64,000 nt of DNA, taken from positions 17,760,001 to 17,824,000 of the forward strand of contig CP068257.2 of the NCBI GenBank assembly GCA_009914755.4. Direction: 5' to 3'. Shown here piece by piece: positions 42,887 to 58,105 of the stretch. Positions within the stretch are counted from its first letter, which is position 1; every line of letters starts with the position of its first letter. The position numbers and the translations under genes were made by a program. Below the pieces are notes generated by a model. It saw only the letters and a program-made list of their open reading frames with translations. It did not search any database and had not been told where the DNA came from. This DNA is from the human T2T-CHM13v2.0 reference genome, Homo sapiens.

Positions 42887-44903
42887 TAATAATAATAATC
42901 TAAAAGTGTTATTCCAGTTGATCACTGCTCTCACTTCAAGAAACAGTTGAATTAGTTTCCATATTTTAACCTATATCATATATGATAAGCCCCGTACTAA
43001 AAAAATTACAACCTGATCTTGGCTACAACATGACCATAACATCTTAGCAAAACAGAGGCTGCAGGAAAAGTACAAGAAACATTATCTAGACCAAATGTAT
43101 GTGAACTTTTAAAAAATTAGTCACTGTCAGTAGGCCTGTAGCTATGAAAGTCATATTAAGAAAAGAAAATAATACAAAGTTGAGTCACTGAAATGCAATT
43201 CACATTTGATTCATAACTTAAACCTTTTATTAATTATTGCTTTATCACTTAAAATATGAAGAACTGGAAATTCTACATTATCCAGTGATCTGTATTTTAA
43301 AGGTGTTATTTTACCGATATTTGACATTTGATTCTAGGTGCCTTAAAATGTATCATATAATATTGAAGCCATTCTCTACCAAAGAAACCAGATTGATGAA
43401 AAGCTATGGATTAGATCTCCTGTTATTCCCTCTACTATTCCAGAAGTACTTATAATACTAAAAGAAACAAATACTCATTCTTAGAAAATTTTTCTAAAAT
43501 TTTATCATTTCCAAATTTTAGGAATGTTGTAGCAATCACTATAGATAAGAGGCAGTGTGACAGTTTGTAAGTTAAAAAAAAAGAAAATAAAATAACACTG
43601 CACTAATTTGAACATATTTAGAGATGAATAGCAAACCAGAGGGAAGAGACCATGATCAGGAAAATCCTTGATAATAAACAATGAAGAAGTATTTCAGGCA
43701 GTTCTTCACAGTGTGATGTATATGTGATTATTATCTTTCAGTGTGAACAAGACTCCAAAACTTTACCAGAAAGAGAGAGGGGATGTGGCCTACTAGCTTT
43801 TCGCAAAGTTACCCCATTGTTAATCTTCTTTGTTCCTTTAAGGATAAAAACACTGTGTATGGTAGCAGGATGAATGATCAAGCTAGATTTGGGGAACGGG
43901 AGGAAGTAGGTGTTTTCCTCATATATCTTTGATAAGAAGTATGAAAGTAATTTTGTTGTTGCCAAGTTCACATATAAATACACCTGTTTTAGAGATGCAG
44001 CCATGCATTGTTTAAAAATGGAGATATGTTCAAAGAAATGTATCATTAGAGTATTTTGTCATTGTGTGAACATCATAGAGTGTGCTTACACAAAACAAGA
44101 TAATATAGCCTACTACACACCTAGGCTATATGGTATATCTTATTGCTCCTGGGCTACAGGCCTTGACAGCGTGTTATTGTACTAAATACTCAAGCAATTG
44201 TAGCACACCGAAGTATTTTTGTATCTAAACATATCTGAACATAGAAAAGGTACAGTAAAAATATGATATTATAATCTTATGGGATCACTGTCATATATGT
44301 GGTCTATTGTTGACCAAAGCATCCTAATGTAGTGCATGACTATAGCTTATTAATGTTAAAAATTAATATTGGGGAATTAAATATATATTTCATACCATGA
44401 ATCATAATAGTATACTTCTCTGAATGATATAAGCCTACTATCTTTGGGTTTAATTTGTTTTCATCCATGCTTGCTCAAAAGAAAAATCAGCATTGCTTGT
44501 TTCTCTGCTTTATTGAAACTGTAATTTGAGATGGAATGTCATTGCATCTCATTGATTATTATTTTTATAACTATTTAAATACTTTTTTGTGTATATACAT
44601 TTATATATATTTGTGTATTTCATAAATATCTATCATCTATCTTGACATGTTTAACTTTTTTCTGCTAAAATATTCTAAAACCTAATCATGAATTTGAGTT
44701 TGAAGGTTAGCATGAAGATTTTTGTTGATGTGAAACATTTTTATTTCTTTTTTCAGCTAAACATTTGTTTGACAACATGCAAGTTCACTTTGAAAACCAG
44801 AAAGATTAAGTGCCTAAAATTTAAATACAGCAGCATTTTCAACAGAGCATGCTGTGGCAATATAATGCATTTAGAATTAGGATTACAGAGGTGAATTTCA
44901 CTT

Positions 44904-45003
44904 CATATTCAAATCACATTCTAACTAGAGTGATAATTACATAACCCAGTGTCCATATTCAAATTACAATCTAACTAGAGTGATAATTACATAGCCTGAT
45001 GTC
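44904..45003. repeat. Local tandem duplication, 2 copies of a 50-bp unit
   Basis: CATATTCAAATCACATTCTAACTAGAGTGATAATTACATAACCCAGTGTC is followed by CATATTCAAATTACAATCTAACTAGAGTGATAATTACATAGCCTGATGTC. Confidence 0.8.
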
Positions 45004-45609
45004 CAGAATTAAAGAGAAGAGTTACTCAAAGTCAACCAGTATAATGTATATATAGAAGTAAATGTATGCATGAGAGTGCGCATGTGTATATGTTTTAACC
45101 CCATCAGAAACTGGATTTCTTATTTTTCATAATTTTTAGAGAGTATGCATCTTAGTAAGTAAAAACAACTACAGCATTGACTAACAAATGGTAGCATTAA
45201 GAATAAATAAACTCTCTACCAATATTACCAGGAAACATTAGAGCAATTAGAAATAAATATAAGATGGTGCACAGAAAGAACATACACACCGTGGTCAAAT
45301 AGATCTGAATTAGATATTCTAATACATAAAAATGTGAGTTCATGTAGCAATAACTTAACCTCCTTGAGCCTCATTTTTTTCATTTTAAAAATATGGATTA
45401 TAAAAGTCTCTCAAGATTGTTAGCAGAATATAAATCATAGATAACAGATGATAGATAAAAATATAGTTTGTATTTATAACCCTTAGCTAGAATTTATAGA
45501 TTATCACAGGAATTTACTACATAGTTGCTACAGTTATTATTACTAAGTGTATTACTTTTAAGTCTTTGTTATTTCAAAGTGTCATTAACTAATATCTATT
45601 GAACAACAC

Positions 45610-45911
45610 TGATTGACTGATTGATTGATTGAGACAGAGTCTTGCTCTTGTTCCCCAGGCTGGAGTGCAGTGGCACGATCTGCTCACTGCGACCTCCGCC
45701 TCCCGGGTTCAAGCAATTCTCCTGCCTCTGCCACCCAAATAGCTGGGATTACAAGCACCTGCCACCATACCCGGCTAATTTTTGTATTTTTAGTCGAGAC
45801 AGGGTTTTGCCATGTTGGTCAGGCTGTTCTTGAACTCCTGACCTCTGGTGATCCACCCACCTCGGCCTCCCAAAGTGCTGGGATTACAGGCATGAGCCAC
45901 CGCGCCCAGCC
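45610..45911 (-). mobile_element. Alu SINE (AluS-like); poly-T tail mutated to (TGAT/TTGA)n
   Basis: CTGATTGACTGATTGATTGATTGAGACAGAGTCTTGCTCTTGTTCCCCAGGCTGGAGTGCAGTGGCACGATCTGCTCACTGCGACCTCCGCCTCCCGGGTTCAAGCAATTCTCCTGCCTC...GGCATGAGCCACCGCGCCCAGCC. Confidence 0.92.
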
Positions 45912-47724
45912 TTGAGCAACATTAATTAAACATATACTATATTTGTCAGAAATTCAGTTTATTACTACAGGAATAAAGCCAATGGGTTATGGTGCTCAAA
46001 TTTCTCATGTTCTTAGTTCAGTTCCTCTACAATATTTGACTAAGTATATATTCTGATAATTAAATATTCTAATAGAGACAGTATCTGTAGCACACGTACC
46101 TCTAATTTTAAATAATTGCAATGCAAATAATAATTTATAAATAAACATATTATTTCATATATCAGTGACTATTCAGAAAATACTTGGTTATGATTACAAA
46201 CTTCTTTCATTTTGCAATGAAAATGAGTAATGAAACATTGGTGAATGTATTTTAACACAGAAATACCTCTTGCAAGTTGTTATTTGAATAATTCAATATC
46301 ATTAACAGTTTAAAGTTTCATTGGCTCTTTCTACTGTATAGTTGAACTTTCATGATTAATAGGAAAGGACTCCATGTTGCCAAATATAACTCAGCCAATT
46401 ATAACATTTGAATTAAAAAGTGAGTTTTATTTCAATTTTCTTTCAAGTTAATTCTGATTTAAGATTTTATTTTCTTCTATAATTAGTTTAAGTAGGTGTT
46501 TTTGCAACACACATTTAATTATTGTAACGAATAACTAAATTTTAATAGAAGAAATTGCATAGTTTTGTTCTGGAACAACAGTTTTTAATGTCAAATTAAT
46601 GATTTATACATGTATTGCGTATGCATACTTTAATAATGGTAGAAATTGACATTTTTAATTTTATGTATGAATTCTATATTCTAAATTTTGCATGAATTTG
46701 CATTGACATTTAAATCTAGAGTTTATCATATGGAATGCTCAATAATGTAAAAATAATACATTTATTTTTAGTTTTTTTATGAAAGCCTTATCCTTAGGAT
46801 ATATAGATAATCAAAATAATAAGAACTATCATTATTGCTTTTATGTATTTCCACTAAAAATAAGGCAGTTTATATCTATCTAGTATTTATCATAGACATG
46901 GTTACTTGTGTGTTAATTTTATTATTTTCTTAATCTCAAAAGTGATACATGGATACCCAAGTAAAGTTACATGAAAGCAGCTAAGCAATTTTTTAATGAT
47001 CAGCAGAAAACCAAGTTTAATGTGAATAAAATAAAAAGCAGTGATAAATAGGACAAAAGAGGGGGAAGACGAAATCCTGAATGGCTATTACAAAAGACTC
47101 CCAACACAGGACATTAAAATGGGAGCCACTGATGAGTTCAACAGATTCCAAGGATTCACTACTATCTTTAAATCTGTTGCTAACCTCAGGGAATATTTAT
47201 TTATTTATTTATTGTCGGGGGGTGTTTTTTCCTTTTCTGATAATTAGGTGGAATGATTTACTGCTGAAACTGAAAGAATACAGACAGAGCAAGAAAAGCA
47301 CACCAGGATTTCATATAAACAGGGAAAAAATCTGAAGAGAAAAGGCATACAAATATTTCTCTACTATCTGGATAAACAAACATGCTTTGTGCAGGAAATG
47401 TAACAAATTAACAGATGAGGAACAGTAGCAAAATATTCCAAGAAGTATTGACACAAATATAGTTGAGTTACTCACAACATTCAAGCTACAGAAAAGTAAA
47501 TAAAACTGTTGACTTTTAACTAGAGGGAATCAAACTCCATTAAATATAATGCAATGATAGTAAAGGAAAATTAATTTGATAATAGATTATTTGGTGAAAG
47601 TTGATTATGTTAAGCATAATACAAATTCTTGAAATATATTACAAACACGAAAATTTAAAATTATCTAGCACATAGAAGAAATGCAAAGAATCCATCCGAG
47701 AAGGAACGAAAGAAGATAATACTG

Positions 47725-50700
47725 CTCTTCAACATTGCAGTGACAGTATTAGATCACTGAGGCAGAAAACTATCAAAGATATTTGGGACCTGAACTCAGC
47801 ACTTGACCAAATGTACTTAACATACATATATAGAATTTTCCACCTAAAAACAACAGAATATATATTCTTCTCATGTTCACATAGTACATACTCTAAAATC
47901 GACCACACAATTGGCCATGAAACAATTCTCAGCAAATTAAAAAAAATAAATAACACCAATCACCCGCTCAGACCACAGCACAATAAAAACAGAAGTCAAT
48001 ACTAAGAACATCAAAACCATACAATTACATGAAATTAAACAACCTGCTCCTTAATGACTTTGGGGTAAACAATGAAATTAAGATAGAAAACAAGAAATTC
48101 TTTGAAACGAATGAGAACAAAAATACAACTTACCAGGATATAGCTAAAGCAGTGTTAAGAGAAAAGTTTTTAGCACTAAAAGCTCACATCAAAAAGTTAG
48201 AAAGATATCAAATAACAACCTAACATGACACCTAGTAGAGCTAGGGAAACAAAAGCAAACCCACCCCAAAGCTAAGAGAAGACAAGAAATAACAAAACAT
48301 CAGAGCTGAACTGAATGAAATTGAGATCTAAATACAAACAAAAGATCAAAAAATCCAGGCAGTTTTTTGAAAGAATAAATAAGATTGATAGACTTCTAGA
48401 ATAATAAGGAAAAAAAGAGAGAAGATCCAAATAAACAAAATCAGAAATGTCAAAGGTACCAGTGACTCCATAGAAATACAAAATCCCTCAAAGACTGCTA
48501 TGAACACCCCTATGCATATAATCTAGAAACCTAGAAGAAATGCATAAATTCCTGGAAATATACAATCTCCTAAGACTGAAACAGGCAGACATTGAATCCC
48601 TGAAAAGGGATTGAATGAGTTACAAAATTGATTCAGTGGCAAAAAGCACACTAACCAGAAAAGGCCCAGGACCACACAGATCCACAACTGAATTCCACCA
48701 GATGTAAAAGAAGAGTTAGCGCCATTCCTACAGAAATTATTCCAAAAAACTGAGGATGAAGGACTTCCCTAACTCATTATATGAGGCCTGCATCATTCTG
48801 ATACCAACACCTGGCAGAGGCACAACAATAAAAAAAGAAAACTTCAGGCCAATATCCTTGATAAACATAGATGCAAAAATCCTCAACAAAATACTAGCAA
48901 ACCAAATCCAGGAACACACCAGAAAGCCAATCCACCATGATCAAGTAGACTTTATCCCTGGGATGCAAGGGTGATTCAACACATACAAATCAATAAATGT
49001 TATTCATTGCATAAAAACAACTAAAACAAAGCCCATATGATCATCTCAATAGAAGCTGAAAATGCTTTTGAAAAAATTCAACATTGTTTCGTGTTAAAAA
49101 CCCATAACAAACTGGCACTGAAGGAACATATCTGAAAATAATAAGAGCCATCTATGACAAACTCAGCCAACAGCATACTGAATGGGCAAAAGCTGGAAGC
49201 AGTTCTCTTAAGGACCAGAACAAGACAAGGAAGCCCACTCTCACCTCTCCTATAGAAGAAAATACTGGAAGTCCTAGCCAGAGCAATCAGGCAAGGGAAA
49301 GAAATAAAATGCATCCAAATAGGAAGAGAGGAAGTCAAACTAACCCTGTTTGCAGATGATACGATTCTATACCTAGAAAAAAACATAGTCTCTGCCCAAA
49401 AGTTTCTAGATCTCATAAACTTCAGAAAAGTTTCAGGATACAAAATCAATGTACAAAAATTTCTGTACACCAACATTTCTATACACCAACATTGCTGCAT
49501 TTCTATACACCAACAATGCCTGGCCTGAAAGCCAAATCAAGAATGCAATCCAATTTACAATAACCACAAAGAGAATAAAATATCTAGGAATACAGCTAAC
49601 TAGGGAGGAGAAAGATCTCTACAATAATTACAAAACACTGCTAAAAGAAATTAGTGATAACAAACAAGTGGAAAAACATTCCATGTACATTAATAGGAAG
49701 TATCTAAATTGTTAAAATGGCCATATTTTCCAAAGCAATTTACAGATTCAATGCTATTACTATCAACCTACCAATGACATTCTTCACAGAATTAGAAAAA
49801 TCTATTTTAAAATTCATAAGAAACCACAAAAGAGCCTGAATAGCCAAGGCAATAGGGCAATAGTAAGCAAAAAACACAAAGCTGGAGGCATCATGTTACT
49901 TGAATTCAAACTGTATTACAGGACTAGAGTAACCAAAACAGCATGGTACTGGTACAAACACAGACACATAGACCAATGGAACAGAATAGAGAAATAATGC
50001 CGCACAAGTACAACCATTTCATCTTCAACAGAACAAAAAAAACAAAAAACAAAAAACAAAAAATAAAAAAACAAGCAATGGGGAAAGGACTCCACATTGA
50101 ATAAATGGTGCTGGATAACTGGCTATTCATACGCAGAAAATTGAAACTGGACACCTACCTTAAAGCACATACAAAAATCAACTCAAGATGTATTAAAGAC
50201 TTAAGTGTAAAACCTAAAACTATTCCCTGAAAAATAACAGGAAATATCATTCTTGTCCTAAAGGCCGTGACAAACATTTTATGATAAAGATATCAAAAGC
50301 AATTGCAACAAAAGCAGTAATTGACAAATATGACCTAATTAAACTAAAGAGCTTCTGCACAGCAAAACAACAACAAACCTCAAAGAGATAACCTACAGAA
50401 ATGGAGAAAATTATTTGTAAACTATGCATGTGACAAAAGTCTAATATCCAGAATCTATAAGGTACTTAAACAAAATAACAAGCAAAAACCAAACAACCCT
50501 ATTAAAAAGTGAACAAAGACATGAACAGACACTTTTCAAAAGAACACATACATATGCCCAACAAGTATGTGAAAAAATGCTCGACATCACTAATCATTAG
50601 AGAAATGCACATCAAAACTACAATGTGATACCTTTTCACACCAGTTAGAATGGCTATTATTAAAAAAATCAAAAATAACATATACTTGTGAAGTTGCAGA

Positions 50701-51360
50701 GAAGGAGGAATGCTTACACACTGCTGGTTGAAATGTAAATTCATTCAGCCATTGTGGAGAACACTGGCAATTTCTCAGAGAACTTAAAACAGAGCTACCA
50801 TTCAACCCTGCAATCCCATTATTGGGTATTGTTCTAACAATGAGGTTATTAGAACATAACAATAATTATAATTCTACAGAAAGACACATGTTCACGTATG
50901 TTCATCACAACACTATTCACAATAGCAAAGACATGGAATCATCCTAAATGCTCATCAGTGGTAGACTGGATAAAGAAAACATAGTCCATATTCACCATGG
51001 AGTTCTATGCAGCCATAAATCAGAATGAAATCATCTCCTTTGCAGTAGCATAGATGGAGCTGGAGGCCATTATTCTAAGTGAACTAATTCAGGAACAAAA
51101 AACCACATGCCACATGTTCTCACTTATAAATGGGAGCTAAACACTGGGTACACATGGATACAAAAAAGGGAACAACAGACACCAAGGCTTACTTGAGGGT
51201 GGAGTGTGGGAAGAGGGTCAGGATGGAAAACCTACCTGTTAGGTATTATGCCATTTACCAGGGTGATGAAATAATCTACATAGCAAACCCTTCTGACATG
51301 CAATTTACCTATGTAACAACCCTGCCCATGTACTCCTGAACTTAAAATTGAAAAAACAAA
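47725..51360 (+). mobile_element. 5'-truncated LINE-1 (older L1PB/L1MA-like), ~3.6 kb of ORF2 3' part plus 3'UTR
   Basis: Starts within the ORF2 endonuclease-coding region. The translated stretch TEYIFFSCSHSTYSKIDHTIGHETILSKLKK matches the L1 sequence TEYTFFSAPHHTYSKIDHIVGSK. Reverse-transcriptase region pieces from the ORF track: [45 protein letters not shown] and [13 protein letters not shown]. The 3' end reads GCAATTTACCTATGTAACAACCCTGCCCATGTACTCCTGAACTTAAAATTGAAAAAACAAA. It is much more diverged than the L1 at 24303 and has many stops. Confidence 0.88.
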
Positions 51361-54300
51361 TTCCTTTCTAATGCTTTAAAACTGGAAACACTTTAAATTC
51401 AACAAGAATTTAATTAGAGTTAACTAGTAAATAATAAAAAAAAGATTGAGATAAAAGAGACATTGGTGAGTTTACAAAAACAAATTGAGAGACAAAACAC
51501 TATCATTATAGGAAATCAAATAAATGAAGAAAAAGCTGGAACTCTTACATATATGACAGGGTTAATAGGAAAACAATTACAGTAAATTTGAAGAAAAACT
51601 GAAATAGAAAATTTCCTAAGGTGTAATGCATGAAAGCTTTAGGAATGGCAGGAACTTTAGGTGAAGCTCCAAATAACATCCAACATTTATATAAATAAAT
51701 AAATCAAACAAACAAAAGTTGACATAGAACTTTCAATAATACAAGTTATTCTGTAGAATTCAAGAAGTCCTTAATAAGTAATAAAGAAAAGAAGAGTTCA
51801 TGTGTTTTGGTGGTTGGTAAAGGCAGAAATAAGCATGGCATCAGTTTTCTTCATAGGAGCTTTCAAAGTACCAAGACAACAGAAAAATGTTTACAAAATT
51901 CTCAGGAAAAAATAAAAGAGCATGAACCAAGAATACTATTCTCAGCTAATGCTTAAATAATAAATTAATAAGCAAACATTCTCAATTGCTGAATAACTCA
52001 AACATGGAGAGAGAGACTTCTGAGTGATAAGATTTAGCCAGTTAAGAGAGCAATTCAAATTTGAAATTCCCTGAGTTCCCCTCCCAAAAATTGTTCATCA
52101 CCATATCACTTATCCATTGTTTGTAACAAATTACTCCACCACTTAGCAGCCTAAGAAATATCACACATGCATGTTTACCCACTTTCTGTGCATTAAGAAA
52201 ATTGGTATATCTTAGCTGGGTCCTTCACTTTAAAGTTCTCTCAGGCTGCCATCAGAGTACTGGCTGAGAATCCATAATCCAAAAATCCAAAATCTGAAAT
52301 GTTCCAAAATCTGAAACTTTTTGAGTGTCAATGTAATGCCACAAGTGGAGATTTCCACACATAGGTACTTAACAGAAACTTTGTTTTATGCACCAAATTT
52401 TTTAAAATACTGTATAATACTACCTTCAGAGTATGTGTATAAGGTTGATATATTTTAGCTCTGTGTCCCCACATCCTATCACTTTGGGTGTATTCTATCT
52501 GTTTGGAAATAGTCACTAGGTCCAAACCAGCCCTAAAGAAAGGATATTATTTAAGAAAGAGGATATTACAAATAGTGGATCTTTAGGAAGTGTTTTACAA
52601 ATGGCCTTCCATAATCTACTGCAGATTCACCATTACATTGAGAACTACTAGAAATCTTAGGTAAAATAATAAAAACAAATCTTTTTGAGGGCATTAGAGA
52701 ATTTTCAATGCATCAAAGAATTGTAGGACTGATATTCCAATGAGAAGGGACACACAGATAATTGAGTTTAATATTCAGCAACATTTTGATGAAAAAATAA
52801 AAAAAAACTAAGCAGAGATTTTCACAAATTGTCAGAGTTAAGAAAAAATATTAACATTCAAGTACCATCTAGGAGGAGAGACTTTGTTTACACACACCAG
52901 ACTTTTAGTTTGCAACTCACAGAACTACATCCTAGGAGTAAGAGAAAGCCACAAGTAGAATGGCCCAGTGTTATAAAATTCTAGTATCTAATACAAATGA
53001 AATAAAAGTTTTGAAGTAAAGGCAAAAGCAAACTTGGAAGATGGAAGTATAATTGGAAAAATAGGTAAAAGCATTTTGATTACAGAACAGGTAATTTTTT
53101 CTCAGTCAAAATTAAACTGCTATGCAGAAACCTCAACTTATTTCAAAAATTATATGTTGAAATATAGGCCAAACTAATCACCTTAGAAATAGACATACAA
53201 AAATATAATTTGGGTGAGTTGCTTCACATAAAAAGAATTTTCTGTATTCTAATAAAAACTGCAATCAAATTCTCATAAACCAAGAAATGTACATAACCAT
53301 TGCAGTTCATTGTGTTAGAAGTTCACTTACACAAAATTTCAGAATAAATGTCTACCTGAATAGTTCGCCTCCATTACGTCCTAACCAGTTTGAATTTTGT
53401 TTTGTACATTTACGCAGTTGTGCTTAAGTATTTATACTGGAAATGCTATAGTGTGTTTTCCTGTTTATATTACGCACATAGACAAGGTGGAGATATATAA
53501 CAAAATCGAGACTTATGTCACCAAAATCTTTGTAAAATACATCAGACATATTCAAAAAAAGAAACAATATTCACTGTCCCACTAAGCACTTCGTACAATT
53601 CATAACTGTCTGAAAATTACAAAATTAAAACTATAATCATGCCATTCAGAGCCATTCAATGTTCATCTTCTCACCTGCAGTGATGGGAGAGAAAAGGAAT
53701 AAGTTCTGTTCAAATGAAACCTAGTTTCATAATTTTGTCATCTAAGCTAACGCTACATAATATCTCAGGAATCTTTCTAAATTATCAGTTTACATTTCTT
53801 CCACTTATAAGTCATATATATAAAATTAGCACCCATGAGGAACAACCACGTGCCAAAAATCTATCCATTTTGCCATAAAGTGTAGTCTTTTTCCAATTCC
53901 CTCTACCAGGATTTTCTGGGATTTCACAAATATGCTTATCTATTTCACATGGTATCTTTATGGCTCACATCAACTGAGCAGCAGTATACTTACTCCACAC
54001 TACAGTCTTTTCCACTTTCTACTGACCACTGCTTGCTGTGTTTTAAATTCTCAGGCCTCCAACATTTACCTCCATGATGCGTTTCCACAAGACTCATCAT
54101 GAATCACCTTTCCCATCCCTTGATTCCTTAAAACTCAGCCATCACTAGATTGTAATTTAAAAACGATGAACAATCAAAGAAAAAACAAACAAATATTTAG
54201 AAATAAATAATAGCATGTCATCATAATGAAGTAAGAATTAGTTATTGTTGGAGCCCATTGACTCATATCATCAGAATCACTTGCTGAACTTCATATTGTG

Positions 54301-57300
54301 AAGAAACCTGACCCAAGGCCGCCAACCGGTTGTCCTTGGGAATAGGAGAAAATCCGTTTCCTCCCAGCTGAAGGCCTGCTTTTTCACTCTTTGCTGTCTG
54401 AAGTACTGGAGGATGAAATGTCTATTTTCTCAGAAAAAAATCAAAATCCACTCTCCCCTGCCTCTGCCACCTCAGACTGTGTCTCATATCTGTGCCTCAG
54501 ACATGACCATTCCCTAAACTGCAGGATAGCTTTAAAAGCTGGTTTATTCATACTTACACAGCATTTTTGTTGAGGGGGTAAACAGAAATCTAATTCCATA
54601 TGTTTCTTAGGCTCTTTTATGGTGTTCCTTTAGTGTCATGGGGAGAAAAACTCAGGCTCGCGTTCCCTTTTAATATGGTGTGGATTTCTAACTTCTTGTG
54701 AGCAAAGGCTTCTACAACAACACAAACCCTTCCCTGGAAAGATGATGTTCAAGAATGTATTAGTCTGAGTTTTCCATTCAGAGAAACTGACAAACATAAA
54801 AACAAGCACATCTTTTGTTTAATTCTCAAATGAAGTAGTTTTGAAAATATATCTAATTTATAATAAAATAACTCTTTTGATTATGTCTTTCATTTTCTGA
54901 CCTATAAGAACCCTGGGTTCTTAATGTGTGATGAAGCCTGAATAAATTAGGAGAGTGCCTTGACAAAAACCTGGGACATGACTGCCCAGGTATATACTGT
55001 TATTGCTTTCTATGAAAATAAAATTAGTATCAAATAACTTTAATCTAAGGGAGACTAAAGAAGGTAGACCTCGTATATTGGTAAACATGTAGCCTCAGGT
55101 AACACTGAAAATAACAAAATACTTGGTTTGGGCACTAAAGGGAAAGATAAAATGACTATTTTAAGTATAGACCTGAGATCTTGAACAAATTTATATCCAC
55201 AATCATTGGTTTCTTTGCTAAAAGAGTAGAATTATCACCAGAAAAAAATCCAAGGTATGATGACTCCTTTATCTATTAGGCTATGTGATTTAAAAGGATA
55301 TTGTACATGTTTGGGATCAGTAGAATTTTTGTGGGTTTAGCCAGAGACATGATCAGGCTCTTTCTGTTCTTGTCTTTCCCAACTAATCGTTTGCATCTGA
55401 GGTTTCCACTGATATATGACCTGGTTGGTGTAGTACTGAGAGATCTAGGATTTTATTCCTGTAACTATTCTCAATCTCTCTCAATTTCTGTCTTCGGCTT
55501 TGGAAAGTTTTATAAGCACTAATAGTTGAGTCAAAGGCTTATAGTTATTTATGCAGGATTTTTCATGGCTCTGATGGGTTTTGTTTCAGTAAATAATTGA
55601 GATTCTGGGTTTTCTGGCCACATAGGAGGGTATGCAAACAGGTCAAAATGAAGGGTAGAAGGAGAGGTAAATAAAGGAGCATAAGACGGGAAAACAAAAA
55701 TTGTGAGAGAAAGGTTATTGGGTTAAGTTTTTCAAATTTTTAATTTGTTTTGGTTAAAATGTCTTTTAAGAAAACAAATGTAAAATATGCATTTTCTTTG
55801 GAACCTTCTTCATACCAAGACAAATAGAAGACAATGGGATGTTTTGCTTCCTTTTGGTCGCCAAATGCCTTTCAAATGGCAAAAGAAAAGATTATGTAAA
55901 AAAAAAAAAAATCCCGAAGATATCACCAGGAGCTTAAATTACCTGGAAAAACTATGACATATAGAAAGAGGCATAGAGAAATGTGGCTTATAATGTGATT
56001 ATGCATCATGAGCACAAGTGTAACCCACAGGACATGCATACTTAGACTGAATCAAACCTCTGAAAGTTTGGTAATAGTTGGCTCTAAGTTTTGTTTCTGC
56101 TTGTTATGTTTGGAGCTTGTAAACTAAGGTCTGCTTGTCTTAAATCCTAAACACAGCAACCTGTGAGTCCCAGGAGAAGGAAAGTCTGCAGGATGGACCT
56201 CTCCCAGAACCACACTCCCACTGACAAAACAAGACTAAACTAAGGAATGTTCTCGAATGTTTTTGATATGGAATTCAAAGGAAAATGTGTCCTGCAGTGA
56301 TGCTGATCTGAGAAGACCGCCTGAACACACTGGCCTGAGGATTGTGCTAAAGAGGAATTTCTTGTTTCCTCTACCAATCCTACTTCTTATAAACTTGTTC
56401 TTAGAGAATTATGACAAAGAAGACAGACAAGCACAAAAAGTAAGATTTTTAGTAATGAGGCAGGTATCCACCAAGAATAAAAATTTTTCTTGGCATGAAA
56501 GTCATGTCAACTCTGACAGTTCAATAGTACTCATATTCATTTGAATAGTCTTAATGTGCTGTGTGGCTGTATACGACTAACTTCTCACATATGACCTATA
56601 CATCCATGATTTATGTAAACAAATGCTTAAAAAAAAGTACCAGAAAGGTACACACTCAAAAAATAAAGATACATACAGCTAGTGTGACAACTGGCAACAA
56701 AGATGGTGATCATAGAAAACTGTCTTCATTTTTGTATTCTGAAATTTGTATTTTAGTAATATTTATATTTTGATGGTGTAATTAAATGTAAATATATATT
56801 TAAATTTACTTTTTCTGGGCTATTATTTCTTTGTACTGTCCTATAGAAGTTATAATTAAACCATGTAGTGAGTAAATTTTTAATTAAAAAATTAATCGTT
56901 CACAAAAATGATTTTTTCTGAACTATCATTATTAATATTCAAACTTAATTATCTAAACTCTATTAAGCCAAATTTTGTAAAAAGCATGTTCAAAATCCAA
57001 AAGCAACACAAATGCTAAAAAGTGACAATTAAAATAGATTTAGTATAGATGTATTTAAATAACAAATATTAAAACTAAGGTTTCAGTCTCATGTGGGCTG
57101 AATGTGGTTTCTCTTAGTAAGTAAATCAAAAGGTTTATAGCTTAATTTTCCAATATCTTTCATGACTCACAGATGTTTCATAGAAACTTTGGTTTGTTTC
57201 CTGATGTGTTAAGTTGGCTATATTATATTTCTTTAAATTAATGTGTATGTATAATATATATGTGTATTTTTATTCTCATATACATTTTAACACATGAGAG

Positions 57301-57369
57301 TTTGGGTGTTAATAAAGATTTATATGTGCATTGGTTTGCTTTGGCTGCCATAACAAAGTACTTAGTGGC

Positions 57370-57732
57370 TGTATTAGTCCATTTTCAAGCTGCTGATAAA
57401 GACATACACAGGACTGGGTAATTTACATAGAAAAAGAAGTTTGACGAACACAGAGTTCCACATGGCTGGGGAGGCCTCACAATCATGGCGGAAAGCTAAA
57501 GGCATGTCTCACATGGTGGCAGGAAAGAGAGAAATGAGAGCCAAGTGGAAGAGGTTTCTCCTTATAAAACCATCAGATCTTAGGAGACTTATTCACTACC
57601 ACAAGAACAGTATGGGGGAAACCACTCCCATGACTGAATTATCTCCCACAAAGTCCCTCCCACAACACATGGGAATTATGGGGGCTACAATTCAAGATGA
57701 GATTTGGGTGGGGATAAAGCCAAACCCTATCA
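57370..57732 (-). mobile_element. THE1-type MaLR solo LTR
   Basis: TGTATTAGTCCATTTTCAAGCTGCTGATAAAGACATACACAGGACTGGGTAATTTACATAGAAAAAGAAGTTTGACGAACACAGAGTTCCACATGGCTGGGGAGGCCTCACAATCATGGCGGAAAGCTAAAGGCATGTCTCACATGGTGGCAGG...GGGAATTATGGGGGCTACAATTCAAGATGAGATTTGGGTGGGGATAAAGCCAAACCCTATCA is the reverse complement of the THE1 LTR consensus TGATATGGTTTGGCTGTGTCCCCACCCAAATCTCATCTTGAATTGTAGCCCCCATAATTCCC...TGTATTAGTCC. The adjacent sequence is not THE1-internal, so this is a solo LTR. Confidence 0.88.
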
Positions 57733-58105
57733 GTGGCTTAAACAATAGAATTTGATTTTCTAATAATTCTGGAGGAGAAATTCAAAATCAAGGTGTCACA
57801 GCTTTGTTTTTTCTGACGTCTCCCTCTTTGGCTTGCACATGGCCACCTTCACTGTGTGTCCTTAACTGCTGTTTCTCTGTCTATATGCATCCCTGGTATC
57901 TCTCTTGAATGTCCTAATCTCCTCTTCTTACAAGGACATCAGTTTTATTGTATTAGGGCCTGCTTTGACAGCCTCATTTATAACTTAATTCATTAATGGC
58001 CCTGTCTCCAAATACAGTGCTTCTGATGTACTGGTGGCTAAGGCTTTAATATATTAATTTTGAAATAACCCAAATTCACACTGGTGTGTTTTAAAAATAT
58101 ATTTA

